Origin: Anaerolineales bacterium
GTDB lineage: Bacteria; Chloroflexota; Anaerolineae; Anaerolineales; UBA4823
Length of the DNA stretch: 64,000 nucleotides
Assembly (NCBI GenBank): GCA_046259385.1
Contig: JBJYWI010000157.1
Coordinates: 3,540 to 67,539 of the forward strand
Direction: 5' to 3'
Under the pieces are notes generated by a model. The model was given only the letters and a program-made list of their open reading frames with translations. It was not told the origin of the DNA and ran no database searches. Position 1 is the stretch's first letter. Every line of letters starts with the position of its first letter. Made by a program: the position numbers and the translations under genes. Shown in pieces: positions 7,336 to 15,909 of the stretch.

Positions 7336-10197
7336 ATGAGTAGATATATCCTGATTTTGATATGTGTGGGTTTGATTTTTGTTTTTCCAATGTATCAGGA
7401 CAGCCAGGCTGCGACTGCCCCTATTTATGTTGATCATACCGCGACTGGATTGAACAACGGCACTTCCTGGACAGATGCATACACCGATTTGCAGACCGCT
7501 CTTGGAGCTGCTTCCTCCACCGACTGGATCTGGGTAGCGGAGGGAACGTATATGCCGGGGACAGCCCGTACAGCAACCTTCCAAATTATAGACGGAGTTG
7601 AGGTATACGGCGGATTTCCAAACGGCGGAGGTGACGGAACCTTTGCAGCGCGTGATTGGAAAACTCACCCGACAATATTTAATGGAAGCGTATACAATAA
7701 TTACCATGTGGTGACAACAAACGGTGTTGGTGACAGCACCATTCTGGATGGTTTTGTCATCAAGGGGGGGGACGCAGATGGTTCAGGAGCATCTGACTCG
7801 AGCTATGGGGGTGGGATGTATAATGCCTCTGCCAGTCCCACTATCCGCCATACGATTTTTGAGGACAACTATGCAATTTACGGGGGAGGCATGGCAAACT
7901 ATATCGACAGCAATCCATTGCTGGTTGATCTGTACTTCATTCAGAATGAAGTCCTGCTTGATGGAGGCGGGCTTTACAACCTTACCAGAAGCAGCCCGAC
8001 GATTGTCAATACCGTGTTTAGAGGAAATACAGCCGATGAGGGCGGGGGTATTCATAACTATTACCTGAGCTCACCCCATCTGATTAATGTGGTTTTAAGC
8101 GGTAATCAGAGCACGTCCAACGGCGGAGGAATCTTCAACCTTGATAAATGCGACCTCACCCTGGATAACGTGGTCATGACTGCGAATGAAGCCGGCAGCT
8201 GGGGTGGAGCGATGTATAACCATGTTGACAGTGATCCCCAATTTAGTAATAGTATTATCTACGGGAATACCGCCAGCTCATATCCCCAGATCAGCTATAG
8301 CGGAGTGATGACGATCAGTCATAGTATCCTTCAGGGAGGTTGTCCTGCTTCAGGCGCGACATGCATTAATTTATTGAGTTCGGATCCCCGATTTGTGCGC
8401 GCTGCGGATATCGGTTCTGATGGCGATTGGGGTACAGATGACGATGATTATGGAGACCAGCGTCTTGAATTTACTTCTCCTGCCATCGATGCGGGAGATA
8501 ACCATCTCGTTCCCAGTGATAATTTTGATCTGGATGAGGATACAATCACCAGCGAATTAGTTCCCTTTGATCTCCAGGACAATACGCGTTTTACAGACGC
8601 CCCAACGGTACCTGATACAGGCAGTGGAACTGCCCCGATCATTGATATGGGTGCTTATGAAACCCCTCCGGAGGTGGTCTATGTGGATTTATCTGCAACC
8701 GGAGGCGCGGATAACGGGACGAGCTGGGGAAACGCCTTTCTGGACCTTCAGGACGGGATGCATTGGGCAAAAAGCGGGCCAGTCCAGGTTTGGGTGGCTG
8801 AAGGTACATACCATCCGGGAACAAGGCGGTCTGATGCATTTAAGGCGGTTAATGATGTCGAGGTTTACGGAGGCTTTCCATCCGGCGGTAGCACATATGG
8901 AGGCAGAGATTGGCTGGAGAATGAAACCATTTTAAGCGGAGATATTGGGGTTGAATCGCATCATCTGGATAATAGCTACCATGTTGTAGATGTGAGCGGA
9001 GTGCGTAGTACAGCAGTTCTAGATGGATTTGTGATCAAACATGGTTACGCAAATGGTGCAGATCCAAGATTCTATAAGGGCGGTGGGATTTATAACAACC
9101 GCGGAGCGCCGACTCTGAAGAATTTAAAAATTACCAGCAATCAAGCTGTCCACGGGGGTGGTTTGTACAATTACTACGGCAGTCCTACGTTGGAATCGAT
9201 TTCTTTTATTTCAAACACTGCATCAAATGGAGGAGGCATCGACAGTGATGTCAGTGCAATTGATTATCAAGCCGCCAGATTTATTGGGAATCAGGCGTCA
9301 GGCAAAGGCGGCGGTATTAACAACGATGCGACAAAACTCGCTATCCTGGGAGCGGTTTTTCAGGGAAATACTGCCAGTATCGGCGGAGGCATTTCAAGTG
9401 AAGATACCAGCGAGTTGGATCTGGTTGAGGTCTTATTTTTGAGAAACCATGCTGGTTCAAATGGCGGTGGTATCAGAAATATTATGGGTACAGAAGTCGA
9501 TCTGATCAATGTCAGGTTTTTCGGAAATACCGCGGGCGGAGACGGAGGTGGGATTTTCAATGATGACAGCGATTCCACGATCGTCAATTCTTTGTTCAGC
9601 GGAAATGAGGCGGCTGTTTCAGGAGGGGGAATTTATAATGTAAATACAAGCGCCCTGGAAATATTCAATTCCACTTTCAGCGGGAACAATTCAAATGGCT
9701 CCTTTGGTGGAGGGTTGGGGATCGGTTCCAGCACTGTCACAATAAATAATTCAATTTTCTGGGGAAATACAGGTGGACAGATTACCCCAAATATGAGCAC
9801 AGTTGATATCAGCTTTGCTAATCTGCAGTTTGGCTGCCCGCCTGCGCCGACGTCCTGTGACAATTTATTGCTACTCGATCCAAAATTCAGGCGAAGTCCT
9901 GATCCCGGGATTGATGGCAACTGGGGAACAACGGATGACGACTATGGCGATTTGAAATTGGTTATGGATTCGGCTGCAATTGATGCGGGCGACAATAACA
10001 CGGTGCCTGCGGATGCCTATGACCTGGATGGAGATGTCAATACTTCCGAAAAACTACCTATTGATCTGGACGGTCGGGCGCGATTTATGGATATCCCAAG
10101 CGTGGTAGACAGCGGTAGTGGAACCCCTCCTGTTGTTGATATGGGCGCTTATGAAAACCAGTTCCTTATCTTTAATCCTTTGATTTATAGAGAGTAG
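7336..10197 (+). CDS. Secreted right-handed parallel beta-helix repeat protein (Pmp-like GGG[IM][YF]N repeats), two tandem modules
   Basis: It has a signal peptide (ILILICVGLIFVFPMYQDSQA) and many repeats of the types GGGIYN, GGGLYN and GNTA. Each module ends with DxGDN...DMGAYE. GGGAGGG lies 5 nt upstream of the ATG at 7336. Confidence 0.8.
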   Translation: MSRYILILICVGLIFVFPMYQDSQAATAPIYVDHTATGLNNGTSWTDAYTDLQTALGAASSTDWIWVAEGTYMPGTARTATFQIIDGVEVYGGFPNGGGDGTFAARDWKTHPTIFNGSVYNNYHVVTTNGVGDSTILDGFVIKGGDADGSGASDSSYGGGMYNASASPTIRHTIFEDNYAIYGGGMANYIDSNPLLVDLYFIQNEVLLDGGGLYNLTRSSPTIVNTVFRGNTADEGGGIHNYYLSSPHLINVVLSGNQSTSNGGGIFNLDKCDLTLDNVVMTANEAGSWGGAMYNHVDSDPQFSNSIIYGNTASSYPQISYSGVMTISHSILQGGCPASGATCINLLSSDPRFVRAADIGSDGDWGTDDDDYGDQRLEFTSPAIDAGDNHLVPSDNFDLDEDTITSELVPFDLQDNTRFTDAPTVPDTGSGTAPIIDMGAYETPPEVVYVDLSATGGADNGTSWGNAFLDLQDGMHWAKSGPVQVWVAEGTYHPGTRRSDAFKAVNDVEVYGGFPSGGSTYGGRDWLENETILSGDIGVESHHLDNSYHVVDVSGVRSTAVLDGFVIKHGYANGADPRFYKGGGIYNNRGAPTLKNLKITSNQAVHGGGLYNYYGSPTLESISFISNTASNGGGIDSDVSAIDYQAARFIGNQASGKGGGINNDATKLAILGAVFQGNTASIGGGISSEDTSELDLVEVLFLRNHAGSNGGGIRNIMGTEVDLINVRFFGNTAGGDGGGIFNDDSDSTIVNSLFSGNEAAVSGGGIYNVNTSALEIFNSTFSGNNSNGSFGGGLGIGSSTVTINNSIFWGNTGGQITPNMSTVDISFANLQFGCPPAPTSCDNLLLLDPKFRRSPDPGIDGNWGTTDDDYGDLKLVMDSAAIDAGDNNTVPADAYDLDGDVNTSEKLPIDLDGRARFMDIPSVVDSGSGTPPVVDMGAYENQFLIFNPLIYRE

Positions 10198-10219
10198 GTT
10201 TGAATTGTTCTAAAGCGAT

Positions 10220-10306
10220 ATGTTTAATCCAGCTAATTCGATTAACCAGCTAGTCATACCAATGGCAATTCTGGCTGCTATTGCAGGTTTATTGCTGCGG
10301 GAATAG
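10220..10306 (+). CDS. Possible 28-aa small membrane peptide (MFNPANSINQLVIPMAILAAIAGLLLRE)
   Basis: This is an ATG-initiated ORF below the ORF-track cutoff. It has one hydrophobic helix. Its ends (FNP... and ...LLLRE) echo the FNPLIYRE terminus of the preceding gene. I saw no clear ribosome-binding site. Confidence 0.25.
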   Translation: MFNPANSINQLVIPMAILAAIAGLLLRE

Positions 10307-10354
10307 TGATATGGTAGAATTTTCTGACCCAGGAGAAATTCCTCCTGCTCATTT

Positions 10355-10444
<90 letters not shown>

Positions 10445-10493
10445 TGGAGAGCTGAAGCCTGGCTATCAGTTTGCATATTAAGAATTAAATACT

Positions 10494-10583
10494 GGGGAGG
10501 TGCCAGAGTGGTTGATTGGGGCCGCCTGCTAAGCGGTTGTCGGGGGAGAACCTCGACCGCGGGTTCGAATCCCGCCCTCCCCG
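10494..10583 (+). tRNA. tRNA-Ser (anticodon GCU)
   Basis: The acceptor stem is GGGGAGG/CCTCCCC. The anticodon stem is GCCGC/GCGGT with loop CTGCTAA. There is a long variable arm and a T-arm GCGGG-TTCGAAT-CCCGC. Confidence 0.9.
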
Positions 10584-10589
10584 CTTGAA

Positions 10590-10619
10590 GTGCCCGTTGA
10601 AGATTCCGGGCACTTTTTA
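10590..10619 (+). terminator. Intrinsic terminator after the tRNA-Ser pair
   Basis: Stem gtgcccg (10590-10596) pairs with cgggcac (10607-10613) and is followed by TTTTT. Confidence 0.75.
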
Positions 10620-10668
10620 TACTGGTGAGGTAGATGATCTTCCTGTTTAATTCTTATGTGTTAAATCC

Positions 10669-11949
10669 ATGAAAAGATCCAGCATAGCAGCAGTGATAAC
10701 GGGTATATTTGCAATCACCCTGGTGCTTGTAGTATGCCTTTTTTATCTGGTCTCTACAACTCCTTCTTTTGGAGCCCTGGGAGCCGAAGTATTGAGAAAT
10801 TCAATCGGTGACAGGCCGGTCGCGATCCTGGAGATGGTATATCTGCAGGTACAGGATAATATCCAGCAAACCAGGTATGGTCTGGGTATTGAACAAGCCC
10901 AGGCGCCATGGGAGGTCGAGCAATACCAGACCCCAACCTCTTTAAAAAATGAGCCAACCGAAACCCTTATTGCAACAAGTCGATCGGAAAAGAAACAGCT
11001 GGCTGAATTTTTTGATGTATCAACACAATCTGCTGGTATGTATCAGGGTATAGGTTCACCGTCGGCCACTGCTGAACCTGCCACTCCTACCATCGAGCCT
11101 ACACCGACACAGTGGCTTCCAGTTCAAATTGAAACTTCCGGTTCGCTGGAAGGAGAAGGTATCTGGTCTCCTTATATACATAATGCCGACGGGGAAACGG
11201 TCGCCTACCGGACTTTTGTGCAGCCGGATCCCGATCGACCTTATTCTATTGTCGCGATTGTTGCCTTTGACCTTTCAAAAATAAGATTGAACTATGTGCT
11301 TGGTTTTGAAGAGCCTTATAATCCAGAGGCTCCCAAGCGGTCGGGGAAAATACCTGAAGAGCACAAGACACCCGGTATCCTGCTGGCTGCATTCAATGGA
11401 GGTTTTAAATCACAGCATGGAGGGTCTGGAGCGATGCAGTCCGGCCTGGTTGTACTTCCGGCCCGGGACGGGCTGGGTACGGTGGCGATGTATCAGGATG
11501 GATCTCTGGAGTTGGGAGAGTGGGGCACAGAGATTGTAGATACTGGTAATATGGCTGCCTGGAGGCAGAATGGCCCACTGGTAGTCCAGGATGGCGAGAT
11601 AAATCCTAGGATATACAACAATGACCCCAAGGATTGGGGCTATACAGTAGATGATGTCTCACCAACGCTGCGCTCTGCCCTGGGGATTTCTGAGGACCAG
11701 AGCACCCTGTATTATCTTGCTGGTCCGAAAATGACTATGGAGGCTCTCGCCAAGAGTATGCTTGAAGTAGGGGTGTGGGATGGCATCCAGTTGGACATAA
11801 ACAATTACTGGGTTCATTTTATAGCATACCCACCGGACCTGGGCGATCTCCAGCCGGAACCCTTGCTACCCGAATTAATGATTGAGAATCTCGACCGTTA
11901 CTTATACGCCTACGGTCGAGACTATTTTTATGTCACTCCGCGTTATTAA
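10669..11949 (+). CDS. Membrane-anchored phosphodiester glycosidase family protein (DUF2233/NAGPA-like)
   Basis: It has an N-terminal TM helix and a Thr/Pro-rich linker. The C-terminal domain contains AAFNGGFK, GPLVVQDGE and RSALGISED...LYYLAG, which resemble this family. The usual NLDGGGS motif reads QLDINNYW here. Confidence 0.5.
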   Translation: MKRSSIAAVITGIFAITLVLVVCLFYLVSTTPSFGALGAEVLRNSIGDRPVAILEMVYLQVQDNIQQTRYGLGIEQAQAPWEVEQYQTPTSLKNEPTETLIATSRSEKKQLAEFFDVSTQSAGMYQGIGSPSATAEPATPTIEPTPTQWLPVQIETSGSLEGEGIWSPYIHNADGETVAYRTFVQPDPDRPYSIVAIVAFDLSKIRLNYVLGFEEPYNPEAPKRSGKIPEEHKTPGILLAAFNGGFKSQHGGSGAMQSGLVVLPARDGLGTVAMYQDGSLELGEWGTEIVDTGNMAAWRQNGPLVVQDGEINPRIYNNDPKDWGYTVDDVSPTLRSALGISEDQSTLYYLAGPKMTMEALAKSMLEVGVWDGIQLDINNYWVHFIAYPPDLGDLQPEPLLPELMIENLDRYLYAYGRDYFYVTPRY

Positions 11950-11969
11950 GGATATGAATATGTGCAGAT

Positions 11970-13508
11970 CTATTCCAGGCTTCCGACTGCTTTCTCCACC
12001 TCTTCCAGTATTAGACCAGATTTAACAAGTTCTTTCATTTTGTTGTGGTCCGGATAAAGGGGGCGGTCTTCATCCAGATGTTCCACATGATCGCGTATCA
12101 CACGGTGGGCAGTTTCAACACCAAGCCCCGGTTTTAGGGGGATGTCTGATTTCATTCGAAAATCAATTGCCTGGGCAGCAGCCATAAACTCAATTCCCAG
12201 TATGCCGTATGCGTTGTCCAGAATCTGCTCGTTTTTGATTGCGGTGTTCATGCCCATCGAAACGAAATCCTCCTGGTCTGCTGCAGCAGGGATAGAGCCG
12301 ATTGAAGCTGGCATTGAAAGGATACGCTGCTCAACGATTAATGTGTCTGCCGTATACTGGCTCAGCATCATACCGGAGAACATACCTGCTCCCTTTGTTA
12401 AGAATGCTGGTAGTCCAACGCTTAATGCTGGATTTGTGAGCCGATTCAACCGGCGTTCGGATAAAACGCTGACCATTGTGATTGCTGCTCCTGCCATGTC
12501 CATCGGAAGTGAAACCGGTGACCCCTGGAAGTTAGCCCCGGTCAGTGTCAGATTATATTCTGGAAGGAACAGCGGGTTATCGCCAACGCCATTAAGCTCG
12601 ATTTCAACCTGACTTCTCGCAAAAGCCAGTGCGTCATGGGCTGCGCCGATCACCTGTGGTGAAGAGCGCATTGAATACGCATCCTGCACCTTCGTTTTGA
12701 TTTTTCCTTTGATTAGATCGCTGCCTTGAATGCATTTATTGATAGCCTTTGCGCTTCTCACCGCCCCATTGAAACCTCGTTTTTCATGCAGCCTTACATC
12801 GTATGGCTTTAAGTTCGCAAGCAGCGCTTCAAGCGTCATCGAACAGGCTATTTCAGCCTGTTTTAACCAGCGGTTCATGTCGTAAAGCTGGAGAGCGCTC
12901 ATTGAAGTTAATAGATTTGCCCCGTTTATTACCGATAATCCGTCTCGGGCTTCTAAGCCTGGGATCTCGATTCCAGCTCTTCGAAAAGCTTCTGAGCCCA
13001 GGAGACGTTCTCCATTGTATAATGCTTCCCCTTCTCCCAGCATCAGGAGAGCGATCTGGGACATGGGCGCAAGATCCCCACACGCACCAACCGAACCTTT
13101 CTGGCATACTATTGGAGTTACACCCTTGTTTAACATTTCAATTAAAGTCAGGGTAATATTGGGCCGGCACCCGGAGTTGCCGTGAGCGTGGACATTAATC
13201 CTACCTGCAATTGCTCCCCTGACATATTCAACAGGAGCAGGTTCACCAATTCCAGCTGCGTGGTTATATACTAGAAACTTTTGAAATTCTTTGATCTGGT
13301 CATCAGATAAAACGACTTCGGAGAACTCTCCAATTCCGGTATTCACCCCGTACATAATTTCATGTGCTTTAATCTTTTTCTCGAGCATTTCCCGGCATGT
13401 CTTGATCCGGTCGAGCGCTGCAGGGTGAAGTTCTACCTGCTCACCTGATCTGGCTATCCTTGTGAAATTTTCAAGTGTCAGCCCCGAGCCATCAAGCATG
13501 ATGGTCAT
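11970..13508 (-). CDS. Histidine ammonia-lyase family protein (MIO-type aromatic amino acid lyase) with Ala-Cys-Gly at the MIO triad
   Basis: Family similarity runs the full length (YGVNTGIGEF, NHAAGIGEP, GSVGACGDLAPMSQ, QDAYSMRSSPQV). The triad codons gcg-tgt-ggg were read directly on the minus strand at 13077-13085. Confidence 0.85.
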   Translation of the reverse strand: MTIMLDGSGLTLENFTRIARSGEQVELHPAALDRIKTCREMLEKKIKAHEIMYGVNTGIGEFSEVVLSDDQIKEFQKFLVYNHAAGIGEPAPVEYVRGAIAGRINVHAHGNSGCRPNITLTLIEMLNKGVTPIVCQKGSVGACGDLAPMSQIALLMLGEGEALYNGERLLGSEAFRRAGIEIPGLEARDGLSVINGANLLTSMSALQLYDMNRWLKQAEIACSMTLEALLANLKPYDVRLHEKRGFNGAVRSAKAINKCIQGSDLIKGKIKTKVQDAYSMRSSPQVIGAAHDALAFARSQVEIELNGVGDNPLFLPEYNLTLTGANFQGSPVSLPMDMAGAAITMVSVLSERRLNRLTNPALSVGLPAFLTKGAGMFSGMMLSQYTADTLIVEQRILSMPASIGSIPAAADQEDFVSMGMNTAIKNEQILDNAYGILGIEFMAAAQAIDFRMKSDIPLKPGLGVETAHRVIRDHVEHLDEDRPLYPDHNKMKELVKSGLILEEVEKAVGSLE

Positions 13509-13735
13509 AGTTATCTCCTTTTATTCAATGTTGATCCCATTTAATACAGCCGTTTAATCATTAGCTTAATCCATTTTATTTTTTTCTACAAGTGATTTGT
13601 GTATATACCAGTGAATGCAAAAAGCAGGTTATCTTGGTATTTTTTTTAGTGGTAATATTGTCCCGTTTGGTGGATGCCTGGATTCCCGCCAATGTGAATA
13701 TAAGATCAAGATTGGAATAGTGCAGGACTTCTAAA

Positions 13736-14704
13736 TTGAATAATCAGGGGAATGAAAATATTTCCAGGGGATATCTTATTTGCTTTACAGCGACAGCATT
13801 ATGGTCGACGACGGCAATAATTATCCGCTATCTGATTCAAACCTATCAAATGCCTCCGCTGCTGCTTGCATTCTGGCGCGATTCTATAGTCTTTTTATCT
13901 CTTTTGGGGATATTTATTCTATTCAACCGGTTTGGATTTAGAATTTCGCAATCGAACATTCCCTTTTTCCTGCTTTATGGTTTTGTATTATCTGCATTTA
14001 ACGCAGTCTGGACGATCTCAGTTGCTTTAAATGGTGCTGCAGTATCGACCGTACTGGCTTACAGTTCTCCTGCTTTCACTGCGCTATTAGCTCGCTGGTT
14101 ATTTAATGAAAAGCTTGGTCCTGTCAAGATTACAGCAATATTGATGAGTTTTGTCGGGTGTTTCCTGATTGCCGGCGCGTATAATCTTGTCGAATGGCGT
14201 CTCAATCCATTGGGAATAGCGACGGGTCTAGTATCTGGATTGCTTTTCGCATTGTATATCCTAATGGGCAAATCTTCCTCCAGGCGTTCGATTAATCCCT
14301 GGACAGCGATGCTATATTCCTTTGGTATTGCTGCGTTTTTTTTATTTTTTTATGTGATCATGCCGGTTCGCTGGCCAGAAGGTATTTCAAGCACAAACAT
14401 TTTTTGGCTGGATGGAAAGGTGGCAGGTTGGCTGGTTTTGATTCTCCTGGCGGTTGGGCCGACGTTGGGGGGGTACGGCCTTTATACAGTCAGCATGACA
14501 TATCTCCAAGCAAGCGTTGCCAGCCTGATCGCCACACTGGAACCTGTTCTGACCGCTTTGCTCGCTTATACCATGCTCGGTGAACGTTTTACCCTTATCC
14601 AAATTGTTGGCGGGATTATGATATCGCTTGGTGTTGTTGTATTGCGAATTGGGGAAAGGAATCCTCAGCAGACTATCCAAAAAGTTGCATCCGATCAGTC
14701 ATAA
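13736..14704 (+). CDS. DMT superfamily transporter (EamA-like)
   Basis: It is a 10-TM-type protein with two EamA-like halves. The start is a TTG. Confidence 0.7.
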   Translation: MNNQGNENISRGYLICFTATALWSTTAIIIRYLIQTYQMPPLLLAFWRDSIVFLSLLGIFILFNRFGFRISQSNIPFFLLYGFVLSAFNAVWTISVALNGAAVSTVLAYSSPAFTALLARWLFNEKLGPVKITAILMSFVGCFLIAGAYNLVEWRLNPLGIATGLVSGLLFALYILMGKSSSRRSINPWTAMLYSFGIAAFFLFFYVIMPVRWPEGISSTNIFWLDGKVAGWLVLILLAVGPTLGGYGLYTVSMTYLQASVASLIATLEPVLTALLAYTMLGERFTLIQIVGGIMISLGVVVLRIGERNPQQTIQKVASDQS

Positions 14705-14837
14705 ACACTTGGTGAATAAAAATGGAGAGAAAACCTGAATGTTAACGAATATATTACTTACAAGTGGTATATTTTAGAAGTCCAGAAATTTTAATTCTAA
14801 GTTTTAATAATTAAACTCGAAAAAAGATAGCCAGATT

Positions 14838-15854
14838 ATGGAATATAAAGACTATTATAAAATTCTCGGGGTGAAGAAAAGTGCGAGTGCTGATGAGATA
14901 AAAAAAGCTTATCGCAAACTGGCTCGCAAGTATCACCCTGATGTAAATCCCGGAGACAAGGCTGCGGAAGAAAAATTCAAGGAGATAAACGAGTCGTACG
15001 AAGTCTTGTCTGATGAGAAAAAGCGGCAAAAGTACGATCAATTTGGGTCACAATGGCAGCAGTACACCCGCGCGGGTGGTAGACCGGAGGATTTTGATTG
15101 GTCAGCATGGTCTTCTCAGCCTGGAGGCGGAACTTATACCCGCAGGGTATCCCCTGAAGAATTTGAACAGATGTTTGGCGGGGGTTTCGGTGGATTCTCA
15201 GACTTTTTTGAGATGCTGTTTGGCGGGATGGGTGGAGCAGGTCCCACAGGCGCGCGTGGTTTTAGGACCGGCGGAGCAGGCGCCCAAGCATCCGGTTTTG
15301 AGGACATTTTCGGAGGTAATTACAGCGCCAGGGCTAGCCGTGGTCGAGACAGCGAACATAAAATTCAGATATCGCTTGAAGAAGCGTTTTCCGGTTCAAC
15401 CCGCATTCTTCAGTGGGAAGGCGGCAGGAAAATAGAGGCGAAGATCCCACCGGGCGTGAAAACCGGCTCGCGTATAAGACTGCGTGGCCAAGGTGAAAAA
15501 GGGGCAAGCGGTGGAGACGCCGGCGACCTTTTTTTACGGGTCGAAGTTCTCCCCCATAAGGAATTCCAGCGCGAGGGAAACAATCTGCGCGTGAATGTCC
15601 CAGTTGACCTGTATGCAATGCTCCTGGGCGGCGAGGTGGAGGTGCACTCACTGGACAGGACTGTTAAACTCACCATTCCACCCGAAACAGAAAATGGAAA
15701 GGTATTCAGGTTGAGCGGGCTCGGGATGCCCAAACTCAATAGCCCAAAAAACCGGGGAAACTTACTGGCAAAAGTTGAAGTCCAGTTACCGCAGAACCTG
15801 AATGAACAAGAAAAAAAGTTATTCAAGCAGCTGAAAGAGTTAAGGCGCGGTTAA
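14838..15854 (+). CDS. J-domain co-chaperone, CbpA-type (DnaJ without zinc finger)
   Basis: The J-domain reads DYYKILGV...[18 protein letters not shown]. It is followed by a Gly/Phe-rich region and DnaJ C-terminal domains. There are no CxxCxGxG repeats. Confidence 0.85.
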   Translation: MEYKDYYKILGVKKSASADEIKKAYRKLARKYHPDVNPGDKAAEEKFKEINESYEVLSDEKKRQKYDQFGSQWQQYTRAGGRPEDFDWSAWSSQPGGGTYTRRVSPEEFEQMFGGGFGGFSDFFEMLFGGMGGAGPTGARGFRTGGAGAQASGFEDIFGGNYSARASRGRDSEHKIQISLEEAFSGSTRILQWEGGRKIEAKIPPGVKTGSRIRLRGQGEKGASGGDAGDLFLRVEVLPHKEFQREGNNLRVNVPVDLYAMLLGGEVEVHSLDRTVKLTIPPETENGKVFRLSGLGMPKLNSPKNRGNLLAKVEVQLPQNLNEQEKKLFKQLKELRRG

Positions 15855-15909
15855 TCCGGTTGTCAATCTATAGCAAGTTGAGGGTCTAATAACTCGCCGC
15901 CGCACCGGC

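Noticed and set aside
12142-13156. Plus-strand ORFs 12142..12612 and 12803..13156
   Set aside because: They are antisense to the ammonia-lyase gene, whose full-length family similarity is strong.
14705-14837. Search for a CIRCE (TTAGCACTC-N9-GAGTGCTAA) heat-shock operator upstream of the J-protein gene
   Set aside because: No match to either half-site was seen in the 133-nt upstream region.
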